DNA of 64,000 bases. Origin: Promethearchaeota archaeon Loki_b32 (GTDB taxonomy: Archaea > Asgardarchaeota > Lokiarchaeia > Sigyniarchaeales > SOKP01). Below the pieces are notes generated by a model. It saw only the letters and a list, made by a program, of their open reading frames with translations. It did no database searches and was not told where the DNA came from. The stretch spans positions 43,570 to 107,569 of the forward strand of contig NJBH01000011.1 of assembly GCA_005223125.1 (NCBI GenBank), given 5' to 3'. Positions 21,561 through 30,669 of this stretch are shown piece after piece; position 1 is the stretch's first letter, and each line of letters starts with the position of its first letter. Position numbers and translations under genes: made by a program.

Positions 21561-22439
21561 TTATGTTAATTCTCCCTGAGCAACAATAAATGATTTTCCT
21601 CCTACGGATACACTAATTTTTCCCTCGTCACCTTCTTCTGCTCTTAAATAAAGCAATGAAGGACGTCCTACTTCATATCCCTGCTCAACTCTAACATCTA
21701 TTTTATTTTTAATAAAATACTGATGTTTAACCAAATATGCTGCTAGACATCCGTTGCCACTTCCTGTAGCAGGGTCTTCTGGTATGCCATGATAATGAGC
21801 AAACACACGAACACTCAAATCATTTCCTTTATTTCGAGTTTCTGGACAGAAAATTAATATTGATTTTGCATCAGTTTTTTCTAAAAGTTCTAAACATTTA
21901 TCCACATCTACTTTTGCTCTTTTTAAAGCATCTAAAGTCTTCAACGGAACAATAATGAATGGTCCTCCTGTAGATACTTCTTGAATTGGAAACCTATCAT
22001 CAATATCAAACTCGTCTAGGTTTAATATCTGTGATATTAATTCTATATCAAAAAACCTTCCAAACGTGGGAGGATTTTGTTCCATCCAGATGACATCAAC
22101 TTTTCCTGATTTATATTTGAACAGGACTGGAATTGGCCCAATCTTAAGATTTAGTAGGATTGTTTTTATATTTCCTTTAATTAATTCTTGTTGAATTACA
22201 AGAGCAGTACCAATTGTTGGATGTCCTGCAAATGGTAATTCTACTTCAGGGGTAAAAATACGTACGTCATAATTTTCTTTTGAAGTAATAAAAGTTGTCT
22301 CAGAATAATTCATTTCTTTTGCAATTTTTTGCATTTCCGCTTCAAAGAGTACATCTTCGCAAATGAAAACAGCAAGCTGATTACCTTCAAATTTTCTTTC
22401 AGCAAATACATCTACTATATAAAATTTACATTTTGGCAT
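21561..22439 (-). CDS. PhzF/PhzC family isomerase
   Basis: GNQLAV, SETTF, RIFTPEVELPFAGHP, EDPATGS. Confidence 0.92.
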   Translation of the reverse strand: MPKCKFYIVDVFAERKFEGNQLAVFICEDVLFEAEMQKIAKEMNYSETTFITSKENYDVRIFTPEVELPFAGHPTIGTALVIQQELIKGNIKTILLNLKIGPIPVLFKYKSGKVDVIWMEQNPPTFGRFFDIELISQILNLDEFDIDDRFPIQEVSTGGPFIIVPLKTLDALKRAKVDVDKCLELLEKTDAKSILIFCPETRNKGNDLSVRVFAHYHGIPEDPATGSGNGCLAAYLVKHQYFIKNKIDVRVEQGYEVGRPSLLYLRAEEGDEGKISVSVGGKSFIVAQGELT

Positions 22440-22644
22440 GAAAATACCTCTAAATTGGTTATGACATCAATATTAATTTATATATAATATAAAAATTGAA
22501 GTCTTTTTAATATGTAATTATTTTGGTTTTTCTTTAATAATCAATATTCTATTAATACTTATAATTATATTTTTTATTTAAATGATTAAATTATAGTAGA
22601 TTACACAAATATTTATCTGGTACATGAAAGGGGTAATTCATATA

Positions 22645-23535
22645 TTATCTCTTTGCTGGAGAAGCATAACAATAATCACAATTATGTTTACACCGAAAGA
22701 TTCCTGAATAGCCCCCTATATCTTTGGACTTGAAACAGCCGCAATCTTTTCTCTGGCCTGTATCTTTTATTTTTGGAATTTTCTCATTAATTAATTGTTC
22801 AATTTTATATGCGTCTATACAATGTGCTTGTTCAATACCTTCAATTTCTAGTAAATTTGGTTGACAACATGCTTTCATCTGAATATCAAACTTAGTGCAT
22901 ATTTGCATTAATTTATTTAGAATCTCTTTTTTTTTCTTTAATGGTGGATCAATGGGAATATATCCTCTAGCATTCATTCTATTCTTTACCTTAGAGTAAA
23001 TTGTCGCAAATGAAAAAATCATTTCCCTAATTCCAATCTTTGATACATTCTCAATAATAAGTTTGAACTTTCCTAGATTATTTAATATGTTATTTGAGTC
23101 CTTTTTCTTATAAAAAATTATAGGATCATGTCTATAATTAACGGCTAATAAGCTAAACTCTTTGGTTAACCATTCTAATTGCTTGAATCGATCGTCTAAA
23201 GAAACACCAATATTCTTTTCTAATTCTGAAGGAGAATTAATTGTAAATTGAAAACTATGTCCTTTAAAAGAATTAAAAAGATCAATGTTATTTTCATAGG
23301 CCTTAATCCATTCTCCGAAATTTTTACTCCACCAGACCCAACATTTTACATCATCAGGATTTAATGATATTCTTGAAATTTGGTTACGATTAAATGGATT
23401 GATTACGTCTACATATCCTATTTCAACTGCTTTTATTACCCAATACATTAAAAAAGCAGGAATATCCGTTCTACGAGAACATGAGATTATTGGAGATCTT
23501 ATAATAGGTCTCTTCTCACTTAACGCTATATCCAT
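22645..23535 (-). CDS. DUF1848 family protein
   Basis: IISCSRRTDIPAF; QRKDCGC...DIG...CKHNCDYCYA. Confidence 0.85.
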   Translation of the reverse strand: MDIALSEKRPIIRSPIISCSRRTDIPAFLMYWVIKAVEIGYVDVINPFNRNQISRISLNPDDVKCWVWWSKNFGEWIKAYENNIDLFNSFKGHSFQFTINSPSELEKNIGVSLDDRFKQLEWLTKEFSLLAVNYRHDPIIFYKKKDSNNILNNLGKFKLIIENVSKIGIREMIFSFATIYSKVKNRMNARGYIPIDPPLKKKKEILNKLMQICTKFDIQMKACCQPNLLEIEGIEQAHCIDAYKIEQLINEKIPKIKDTGQRKDCGCFKSKDIGGYSGIFRCKHNCDYCYASPAKR

Positions 23536-23764
23536 TTTAAAATATTAGATTATTATTTCATATTTAAATCCATTATCTAACTCAAATTTTTTCCTTGAAT
23601 TAATTCTAATTCAATATTAACTTTTTCTTCTACTCTAATCCTTAAATTTTCGTTTTCTAGAATTATTTCAGATATTTTAAACACCGATGTTTAGAATACT
23701 ATTTTTCTTGAACTTATACAAAATCTAATTTAATTTTTTAAAGCTTGCAATATTTTAAATTATT

Positions 23765-24787
23765 ATGATTCCATCGATAGAATGGACAGAGGAAAATAAA
23801 GTTAAAATGATTGATCAAACTATATTGCCCCATGCATTAAAATTCTTAGAGTTTGATGACTATAGAGATGTTGCTACCTCAATTAAAGTAATGAATATTC
23901 GTGGTGCTCCTGCCATAGGTGTTGCAGCTGCAATGAGTATGGCTTTAGCCACACTTGAATTTAAAGATCTTCCAAAAGAAACATTCCTTGAAGAAATAGA
24001 AAAAGCTGCAGATGTAATTAGAAATACTAGACCTACTGCTTCAAACTTATTTTGGGCAATAGATAGAATATGGAAGATTATTAGTTCTTATCCCGATAAT
24101 CCTTCAAATTTATCTGAACTTGTAATTGAAGAAGTGAAATTAATGGCTCAGGAAGATATTAATGTAAATAAAAATATCGGCAAAAATGGAGCAACTTTAT
24201 TGGAGAATGGAGATGTGGTTTTAACTCATTGTAATGCAGGATCGCTTGCCACCGTCCAATATGGAACTGCATTAGCTCCTGTTAGAACAGCTATAGAACA
24301 AGGAAAAAATATTAGTGTAATAGCGGATGAAACTAGACCGAGATTACAGGGTGCTAGATTAACAGCTTATGAATTACAATACGATAAAATTCCAGTTAAA
24401 GTAATTTCAGATACTTCTTCTGGATTAATAATGAGACTTGGAAAAATAAATAAAGTTATTGTTGGAACGGATAGAGTAACTTCTGATGCGGTATTTAATA
24501 AGATTGGCACATATTTAGTTGCTTTAGCTGCAAAGGATAATAATATCCCATTTTATGTAGCGGCTCCTACATCCACATTATCTCTTCATGAAACGATTAA
24601 AGATGTTACAATTGAGCAGAGAGATAGTACAGAAGTTAGTAAAGTATTAGGAAAAGTTCAAATTGTTCCCGATGGAGTAGAATGCTTGAATTATGCATTT
24701 GATATCACTCCATTTAGGCTAGTCACTTCAATTATAACTGAAGATGGAGTTTATAGTCCTAAAGAACTTTTAAATAAATATAAATAA
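23765..24787 (+). CDS. mtnA: S-methyl-5-thioribose-1-phosphate isomerase (eIF2B alpha-like family)
   Basis: IRGAPAIG, RPTA, THCNAG, ETRP, NKIGTY, AFDITP. Confidence 0.85.
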   Translation: MIPSIEWTEENKVKMIDQTILPHALKFLEFDDYRDVATSIKVMNIRGAPAIGVAAAMSMALATLEFKDLPKETFLEEIEKAADVIRNTRPTASNLFWAIDRIWKIISSYPDNPSNLSELVIEEVKLMAQEDINVNKNIGKNGATLLENGDVVLTHCNAGSLATVQYGTALAPVRTAIEQGKNISVIADETRPRLQGARLTAYELQYDKIPVKVISDTSSGLIMRLGKINKVIVGTDRVTSDAVFNKIGTYLVALAAKDNNIPFYVAAPTSTLSLHETIKDVTIEQRDSTEVSKVLGKVQIVPDGVECLNYAFDITPFRLVTSIITEDGVYSPKELLNKYK

Positions 24788-24822
24788 AAAACCAAAAAAT
24801 GATGTATCCTTTTTCTTATTTC

Positions 24823-25806
24823 TTATTCAATTCTTTCTATAATTGTTTTCAACTGTAGAATATTTTTTACTTTACTTAAATCACGTCTAACAGGTGTAGA
24901 ATTTCTAATATTTTTGGTTAACCATATTGCATTTCTTTTTAACTCTTTAAACTTAATTTCTTCATTATTGATTAGATATGAAATTCCATTAAGAAAATCA
25001 TCAATTAAATCCTCGTATATCTTAATATATTTTCTAAATAAGGCAAAGTCATTTTTAAAGGGTATTTCTTCACCTTTTGTGAAATATTCATGGATTTGAT
25101 TAAAAATTTCTGGATTCCCTATAGATTCTCTGCCAATCATTAAAGCATCAACATTTGTATAATCTATAAAATGTTTAGCGCTAATGGGATTGATGATGTC
25201 TCCATTTCCAACTAACGGAATTGTTAATTTTTCTTTTAACCTCTTCACAGTGTCTAAATCTAAAGCATGTTCATGAAAGTTACTTTTAACAGTACGAGCA
25301 TGAATTATAGCAAAATCAATTCCAGAATCATTTATAATTTTTGCCATCTCTTTAATATTAACTGAGATTTCAAAGCCCGTTCTAATTTTAAGTGAAACAG
25401 GTTTAGCGGAGTATTTTACTGCAACTTTAACTAATATCTTTAATGTATTTAAATCCTTCATTAAATATCCTCCCTCTTTGGCTTTGATTGCCCTTTTAGA
25501 TGGGCATCCTGCATTTAAATCTAATGTCTCAAACTTATAGCTTTCAATGTAATCTATAGACTTTTTCAATGCTTCTGGATCAGAGCCAATTAGCTGAATG
25601 CCTATAGGATTTTCTCGTTCTATTTTATATAAATCTGTTTCAATAGATTTTGGATGCTTTTCAATCTTTTTAGTGTATAACATTGGAACATAAACTAGAC
25701 CAATGTTAAAAAAATACCTACAAAATCTTCTAAAGGGGTTTGTGGTTACATTTAGCATTGGAGCTAAAAGATATCGATTTTTCAAATTAAGTGATCCTAA
25801 TTTCAT
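24823..25806 (-). CDS. dus: tRNA-dihydrouridine synthase
   Basis: LAPM, QLIG, LNAGCP, KIRTG, HART, NGD, MIGR. Confidence 0.88.
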   Translation of the reverse strand: MKLGSLNLKNRYLLAPMLNVTTNPFRRFCRYFFNIGLVYVPMLYTKKIEKHPKSIETDLYKIERENPIGIQLIGSDPEALKKSIDYIESYKFETLDLNAGCPSKRAIKAKEGGYLMKDLNTLKILVKVAVKYSAKPVSLKIRTGFEISVNIKEMAKIINDSGIDFAIIHARTVKSNFHEHALDLDTVKRLKEKLTIPLVGNGDIINPISAKHFIDYTNVDALMIGRESIGNPEIFNQIHEYFTKGEEIPFKNDFALFRKYIKIYEDLIDDFLNGISYLINNEEIKFKELKRNAIWLTKNIRNSTPVRRDLSKVKNILQLKTIIERIE

Positions 25807-25915
25807 ATGCTATGTTTATGTCTCTTAACTTTAACTTACAAATTAAAATCATGAAGTTTTTTTATTAAATGCAATTTAGTATAATTAAATAACTCTATTA
25901 TATATAAGAAGAAAG

Positions 25916-26425
25916 ATGTCAGAATTACTCAAGGAATTCACATTTGAAAAATCTCCTTCCAAAATTATATATTTAGATAAAGAACCTTTAAAATTAAGTA
26001 ATGAATTTATGTTTTTTCACAATAAAAGCAAATTTCGAAAGGATTTAGTTCGACTTCAAAATTTGATTAAATCATATACTAATGCACCTTTACATGCTGC
26101 GGGTATAAGAGATTCATACTTAAAGGAAGAATTTTCTGAAGAATATTTGATAACGATTTTTGCTACGCCAGAAACAATAAAAAAAGCTAATGAAATTATT
26201 GAAAATCATTCCAACATAGAAGTAAATAAAGGATGCTTTTTTCTTAAAGCAGATACAAACTTTGTACTCCTCTTATCAAGAGATATGGAAGGGTTGATTT
26301 TAGGGATTGATACTATTGAAGTAATTTTAAAACAAATCCTAGAAGACTACATATATCAAGAGAAATTCGATGATTACATAAAAATCTGTGCTTTTGAATT
26401 ATATGATTGTAGTAAATCTACCTAA
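25916..26425 (+). CDS. Standalone GH20 domain-2-like (hexosaminidase N-terminal) protein
   Basis: KGCFFLKA...LLSRDMEGLILGIDTIEVIL resembles the EGYxL...GLFYGxQTL signature. Confidence 0.5.
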   Translation: MSELLKEFTFEKSPSKIIYLDKEPLKLSNEFMFFHNKSKFRKDLVRLQNLIKSYTNAPLHAAGIRDSYLKEEFSEEYLITIFATPETIKKANEIIENHSNIEVNKGCFFLKADTNFVLLLSRDMEGLILGIDTIEVILKQILEDYIYQEKFDDYIKICAFELYDCSKST

Positions 26426-26460
26426 ATGAAAAAATTAGAAAAAGTAAAAAGATAAACTAA

Positions 26461-28179
26461 TTATACAACATATTTCCATGGTCTTTGTCTTTTTAATCCA
26501 TAAGCTTTTTCAGCATATTCCTCAACCATGCGATGCGTATTGAAAAAAGCAGCTAGGGAAATAGCACATTGCATCTTGTAGAGCCACTCATCGTGATTCA
26601 TATATGTCGGGATAACTTGGTTTTCTAAAATATCATAAAGAGCGTTTGAATCAATATCCCAACTATTTGAAACTCCAGGGTCATCTGGATTTGAATCATC
26701 GGGTCCAATAGCCCAACCAGCTAAATGATTCTTCTTATATCCTTCTAACCACCAACCATCTTGGACTGATAAATTCAATATTCCATTTAACGCGGCCTTC
26801 ATTCCACTTGTACCACTTGCTTCCCGATATCTATTAGGAGTGTTGAGCCAGACATCTACTCCTGATACGAGCATATGGGAAAGATCCATGTTATAATTCT
26901 CCATGACAACAACCTTTACACCATAATTATCATATAGATATTCGCCCGCTTCATGGATTTTCTTAATATAATCTTTTCCCATTTGGTCTTTTGGATGAGC
27001 TTTTCCTGCGAATATGAATTGAATGTGATCTTTCGCAATTTTACCCAATCTGTCAATATCGTGAAAGATTAGTATAGCTCTTTTGTAAGTTGCAAATCGT
27101 CTAGCAAATCCGATTGTAATTAATTCCTCATCAAGTAAATTCCAACTATGACCTTTTTGGTAATTTATCAGATTGAATTTATTCTCAATGTGGTTATCAA
27201 AGAGATCTAGTGGATCTAATTCTATCGCATTTTCAAGCACAGCGGGATTTGCCCTCCAATTTGGCCATTTTTTAGTAAACATTTTCCTAAACGGTTTAGA
27301 TACCCAGAATGGTAAGTGAATACCATTGGTAATATAGTCAATTTCATATTGGGGGAACATTTGTCTACTTATGTCACCATGCTTTCGGGCAACAGCATTT
27401 CTGTATCTAGAAAGAGCCATACCCAGAAATGTCATATTTAATTCTCCATTGTCATTTGCTAGATCTCTAATTTCCTTCGGCATTCTATTTCCAAATACTT
27501 TTTTAACCAAATCTTGTTTGAATCTATCATGACCTGCAGGTACAGGGGTGTGAGTTGTAAAAGCAACTTTTTCTTTAACTTTTTCAATGCTTCCCAATCG
27601 ATTATACAATTCTAAAGTAGCAAAAGAACCATGTCCTTCATTAAGATGATAAGTTTCAATATTATTGTAGCCTAAAGATTCCAGAAGTTTTACACCTCCA
27701 ATCCCTAATATCATTTCCTGTACGATTCTATTCCAACGACTTGTGCTATCATATAAAGAACCAGTCATTTTTTTCATCCAATCTTCATTTCCTGGAATAT
27801 CTGTGGTTAAAAGATAAATTGGAAGAATATGTCCTGATTGCCCTATTACTCGATAGAGCCACGCGCTTACAAGAACGTCTTTGTCCTCAATTCTCATTGT
27901 AATTGGTTTTTCTACTTTTTCAAATTCATAGTAAAAGTTCCAAGCAATTTCTTTTTCTTTTTGTTCACCAAATTCATTAAAAAATTGATAAAAATATCCA
28001 GCACTATAGCATAAACAAAGTCCAACCATTGGGATTTCCAAATCTGCAGCTGACCGAACAGTGTCCCCTGATAATACACCTAAACCCCCACTATACGTAG
28101 GAATATTTGAATCTACAGCTATTTCCATAGAAATATATGCTACATTGGTATTTGATTTTAAATCTTCATCGATTTCCAT
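26461..28179 (-). CDS. glgP: Alpha-glucan phosphorylase
   Basis: YSGGLGVL, HLNEGH, FTTHTP, ARRFATYKR, EASGTSGMK. Confidence 0.95.
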   Translation of the reverse strand: MEIDEDLKSNTNVAYISMEIAVDSNIPTYSGGLGVLSGDTVRSAADLEIPMVGLCLCYSAGYFYQFFNEFGEQKEKEIAWNFYYEFEKVEKPITMRIEDKDVLVSAWLYRVIGQSGHILPIYLLTTDIPGNEDWMKKMTGSLYDSTSRWNRIVQEMILGIGGVKLLESLGYNNIETYHLNEGHGSFATLELYNRLGSIEKVKEKVAFTTHTPVPAGHDRFKQDLVKKVFGNRMPKEIRDLANDNGELNMTFLGMALSRYRNAVARKHGDISRQMFPQYEIDYITNGIHLPFWVSKPFRKMFTKKWPNWRANPAVLENAIELDPLDLFDNHIENKFNLINYQKGHSWNLLDEELITIGFARRFATYKRAILIFHDIDRLGKIAKDHIQFIFAGKAHPKDQMGKDYIKKIHEAGEYLYDNYGVKVVVMENYNMDLSHMLVSGVDVWLNTPNRYREASGTSGMKAALNGILNLSVQDGWWLEGYKKNHLAGWAIGPDDSNPDDPGVSNSWDIDSNALYDILENQVIPTYMNHDEWLYKMQCAISLAAFFNTHRMVEEYAEKAYGLKRQRPWKYVV

Positions 28180-28434
28180 TTTTCTTCACTTTTTGAATTT
28201 TAATTCGCTATTTTTATAGTAGTTAAGAATTTTATATAATACTTTTAAAATCCATAGTATAAAATCTTATCTTAAAATAGTATTGATAAAAAGTAATGTT
28301 CAGAATAGAGTAATAAATCTTATAATAATAAGTTAAAAAAATAAAAAATCCAACCGGAACTACAAAAAACAGGACTTAAGAGAGATACAGTTCAAGATAT
28401 AATTAATGAAATTAAAAAAAAAAAATTTAAAATT

Positions 28435-29112
28435 TTAGATTTTTAGGGGTTTGCCACCTTCTTCTAATATTTCTACTTTTATGCTTGGATCCTTTTTCTC
28501 AAGTAATTCCCTGAATTTGCTGAGATCTTTGCCCCAATTTTGCCTTTATACATTATTTATGCATAAATTATGCATTGGAATTGCGATCTTAGGTTTCACA
28601 TCAACAACAGAATCAGTAGCTTCATCAAAATCCATAGTGTACGTTCCACCGCAAGGCATCATAGCAACAGTTATATTTCTACTTGCTAGATCTTTCATTT
28701 CAGGGATTCGTTCAGTATCTCCCGCATGATATACACTCTTGTCTTCTGCTGTTACTATTATACCTGCCCATTCATTTCTTTTGGGATGATTTGGCTTCTT
28801 AATATTGTATGCTGGAACTAACTCGATAGAAAGATCTTTATAGTCAAATGAATCCCCTAACTTCAACGGTGTTCCATCAAATTTTTGTAAACTGCTAGCA
28901 ATACTTTCAGGACCGATTACAACCGTATCATCCTTCATAAGATTTTGTATACTACTTGAATCAAAATGATCACTGTGTGAATGTGTTGAAACAATTATAT
29001 CTGCTTTCTCTTCTCCTTTTTTAATTTGGTAAGGATCAAGGTAAATAATTCTTCCACTTGGTGTTTTTATTTTAAAGGCAGCATGACCAAGCCATGTAAT
29101 TTCCATAGTCAT
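28435..29112 (-). CDS. MBL-fold metallo-hydrolase (UPF0173/UlaG-like), 215 aa after removing a 30-nt insert at 28539-28568
   Basis: WLGHA, THSHSDH, HAGDT, IPMH; the same frame resumes after the insert as WGKDLSKF...KPLKI* (TAA 28435-28437). Confidence 0.85.
28539..28568 (-). other. Candidate BHB-type mRNA intron (30 nt, contains in-frame TAA)
   Basis: Outer helix UUCCAA/UUGGGG, central UGCA/GGCA (3 of 4 paired), bulges UAA and AAA, inner helix UUUAUGCAU/AUGUAUAAA. Confidence 0.7.
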
Positions 29113-29241
29113 TTTTTATCACCACGTTAAATTATTTCAAAAAAGGATTTATATTTTATTATTATAACTAAATGCTTTATATTTATAACTTAGAATTGAT
29201 AAATTAAAGAGAAAACACGATGAGAAATTTTAAGTAAAAAT

Positions 29242-29604
29242 TTAATCTTCTTCTTCAAATTTCCATTCGGGACTTACGAGATAAATTTTTTTAGTTATTC
29301 CATGATTGTCTTCTTTGACTAAATCGAGTTCTTTAAATCTTTCGAAGAATAATTTATTTCTAAAATTAGGGATTTCATTAATAAAACGAGGTTTGGGTAT
29401 GTAATTCGGAGTATTTAGACTGGTTTTTTTAGATGTTATTTCATTTATTAGTTTTTTCTCTAAATTTTTATTATTCTTAAAGGTAGGGTGTTCAATTTTC
29501 AGGAAATTTGTATTTTTTAGACTAAGTTCCTTTATTGGTGTGGTAGATTTTAAAATTCGACAAGTGGGGCAATTAATCTCATCCAAACCGTGAATACACG
29601 TCAT
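29242..29604 (-). CDS. Hypothetical protein with N-terminal CxH...CxxC
   Basis: MTCIHGLDEINCPTCR. Confidence 0.65.
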   Translation of the reverse strand: MTCIHGLDEINCPTCRILKSTTPIKELSLKNTNFLKIEHPTFKNNKNLEKKLINEITSKKTSLNTPNYIPKPRFINEIPNFRNKLFFERFKELDLVKEDNHGITKKIYLVSPEWKFEEED

Positions 29605-29745
29605 TTTTTCAATAGTAGTTATTTTTACAAATTCTAAGTATTTCGAATTAATTGTTTCATTTAATTTTTGTTATTATAATTTTTACATACTTTAAAAAAA
29701 TAGAGTTCTCTAGAGAATTTAATAGAATTATAATAAATTAAGATT

Positions 29746-30459
29746 ATGCTGTTAAAAGGAGTGTTTTTTGATCTTTATGGAACATTATTAGTGCCTAAAA
29801 ACAGTAAGAAAGCATGGAAAAATTGGTTCATTACATTTTATGACCTTATGAGAAGGTATGGATTAAAATTATTAAAAAATGATTTTGCAGATGCATGTAA
29901 CGGGTTTTTCACGAGAGCAGAACCTGAAAAAACCCATGATGAATTAACTAATTATGAAAATAAGATAAGACAGTTTGCTTTTGATTTAAATGTAAGACTC
30001 AAAATAACTGAAATTAAACAAATTGGACAAGATACTATTAATGCTTGGCATAAATATATAAAAATTGACCCAGAAACAATTCCATTATTAGAAGTATTAA
30101 AAAGTAAGAAATCTCTCGCCTTAATTACTAATTTCGATCATCCACCACATATTTACACAATTTTATCTAAATATGAACTTGATAAATACTTTGAATTTAT
30201 TGCAATTTCTGGAGAAATTGGGTTTAAAAAACCTGATCCTCAGATTTTCCATATTACTCTTAAAAATATAGGATTAGAGCCTTCGGAGGTAGTATTTATA
30301 GGGGATAGTAAAGAAGACATTGAGGGTGCTAACAAAGTGGGTATTAAACCAATTTTCATTCAACGACAAAGCTCCAAACAAATATTAACTGGTAATGATT
30401 ATTTTTCTAAAAATATAGCTAAAAAACTCAATACACAAAATTCAAGGATAAATCCCTGA
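29746..30459 (+). CDS. HAD-superfamily hydrolase (frame continues past TGA to 30507)
   Basis: FFDLYGTL, ITN, KKPDP, GDSKED. Confidence 0.9.
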   Translation: MLLKGVFFDLYGTLLVPKNSKKAWKNWFITFYDLMRRYGLKLLKNDFADACNGFFTRAEPEKTHDELTNYENKIRQFAFDLNVRLKITEIKQIGQDTINAWHKYIKIDPETIPLLEVLKSKKSLALITNFDHPPHIYTILSKYELDKYFEFIAISGEIGFKKPDPQIFHITLKNIGLEPSEVVFIGDSKEDIEGANKVGIKPIFIQRQSSKQILTGNDYFSKNIAKKLNTQNSRINP

Positions 30460-30669
30460 AAAATTATCTCAAATTTAAGAGATTTATATAAAATCATTAA
30501 CATATAAGGAATTTTGGAAAAAGTACTTATTGAGTATAACTAGAAAACAAGAAAGAATCTAAATTTTTATAAAATTTTTAAATCTAAAGCAATTTATTTT
30601 AATATTTAAAATTATTAATAAATAAAAATTTGAAATCTTATTAAAAAACGACTTTAAAAGTGAGAAAAG

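Noticed and set aside
28451-28729. Plus-strand 92-aa ORF and the many other short antisense ORFs in the track
   Set aside because: Shadows of well-supported genes on the opposite strand or in another frame.
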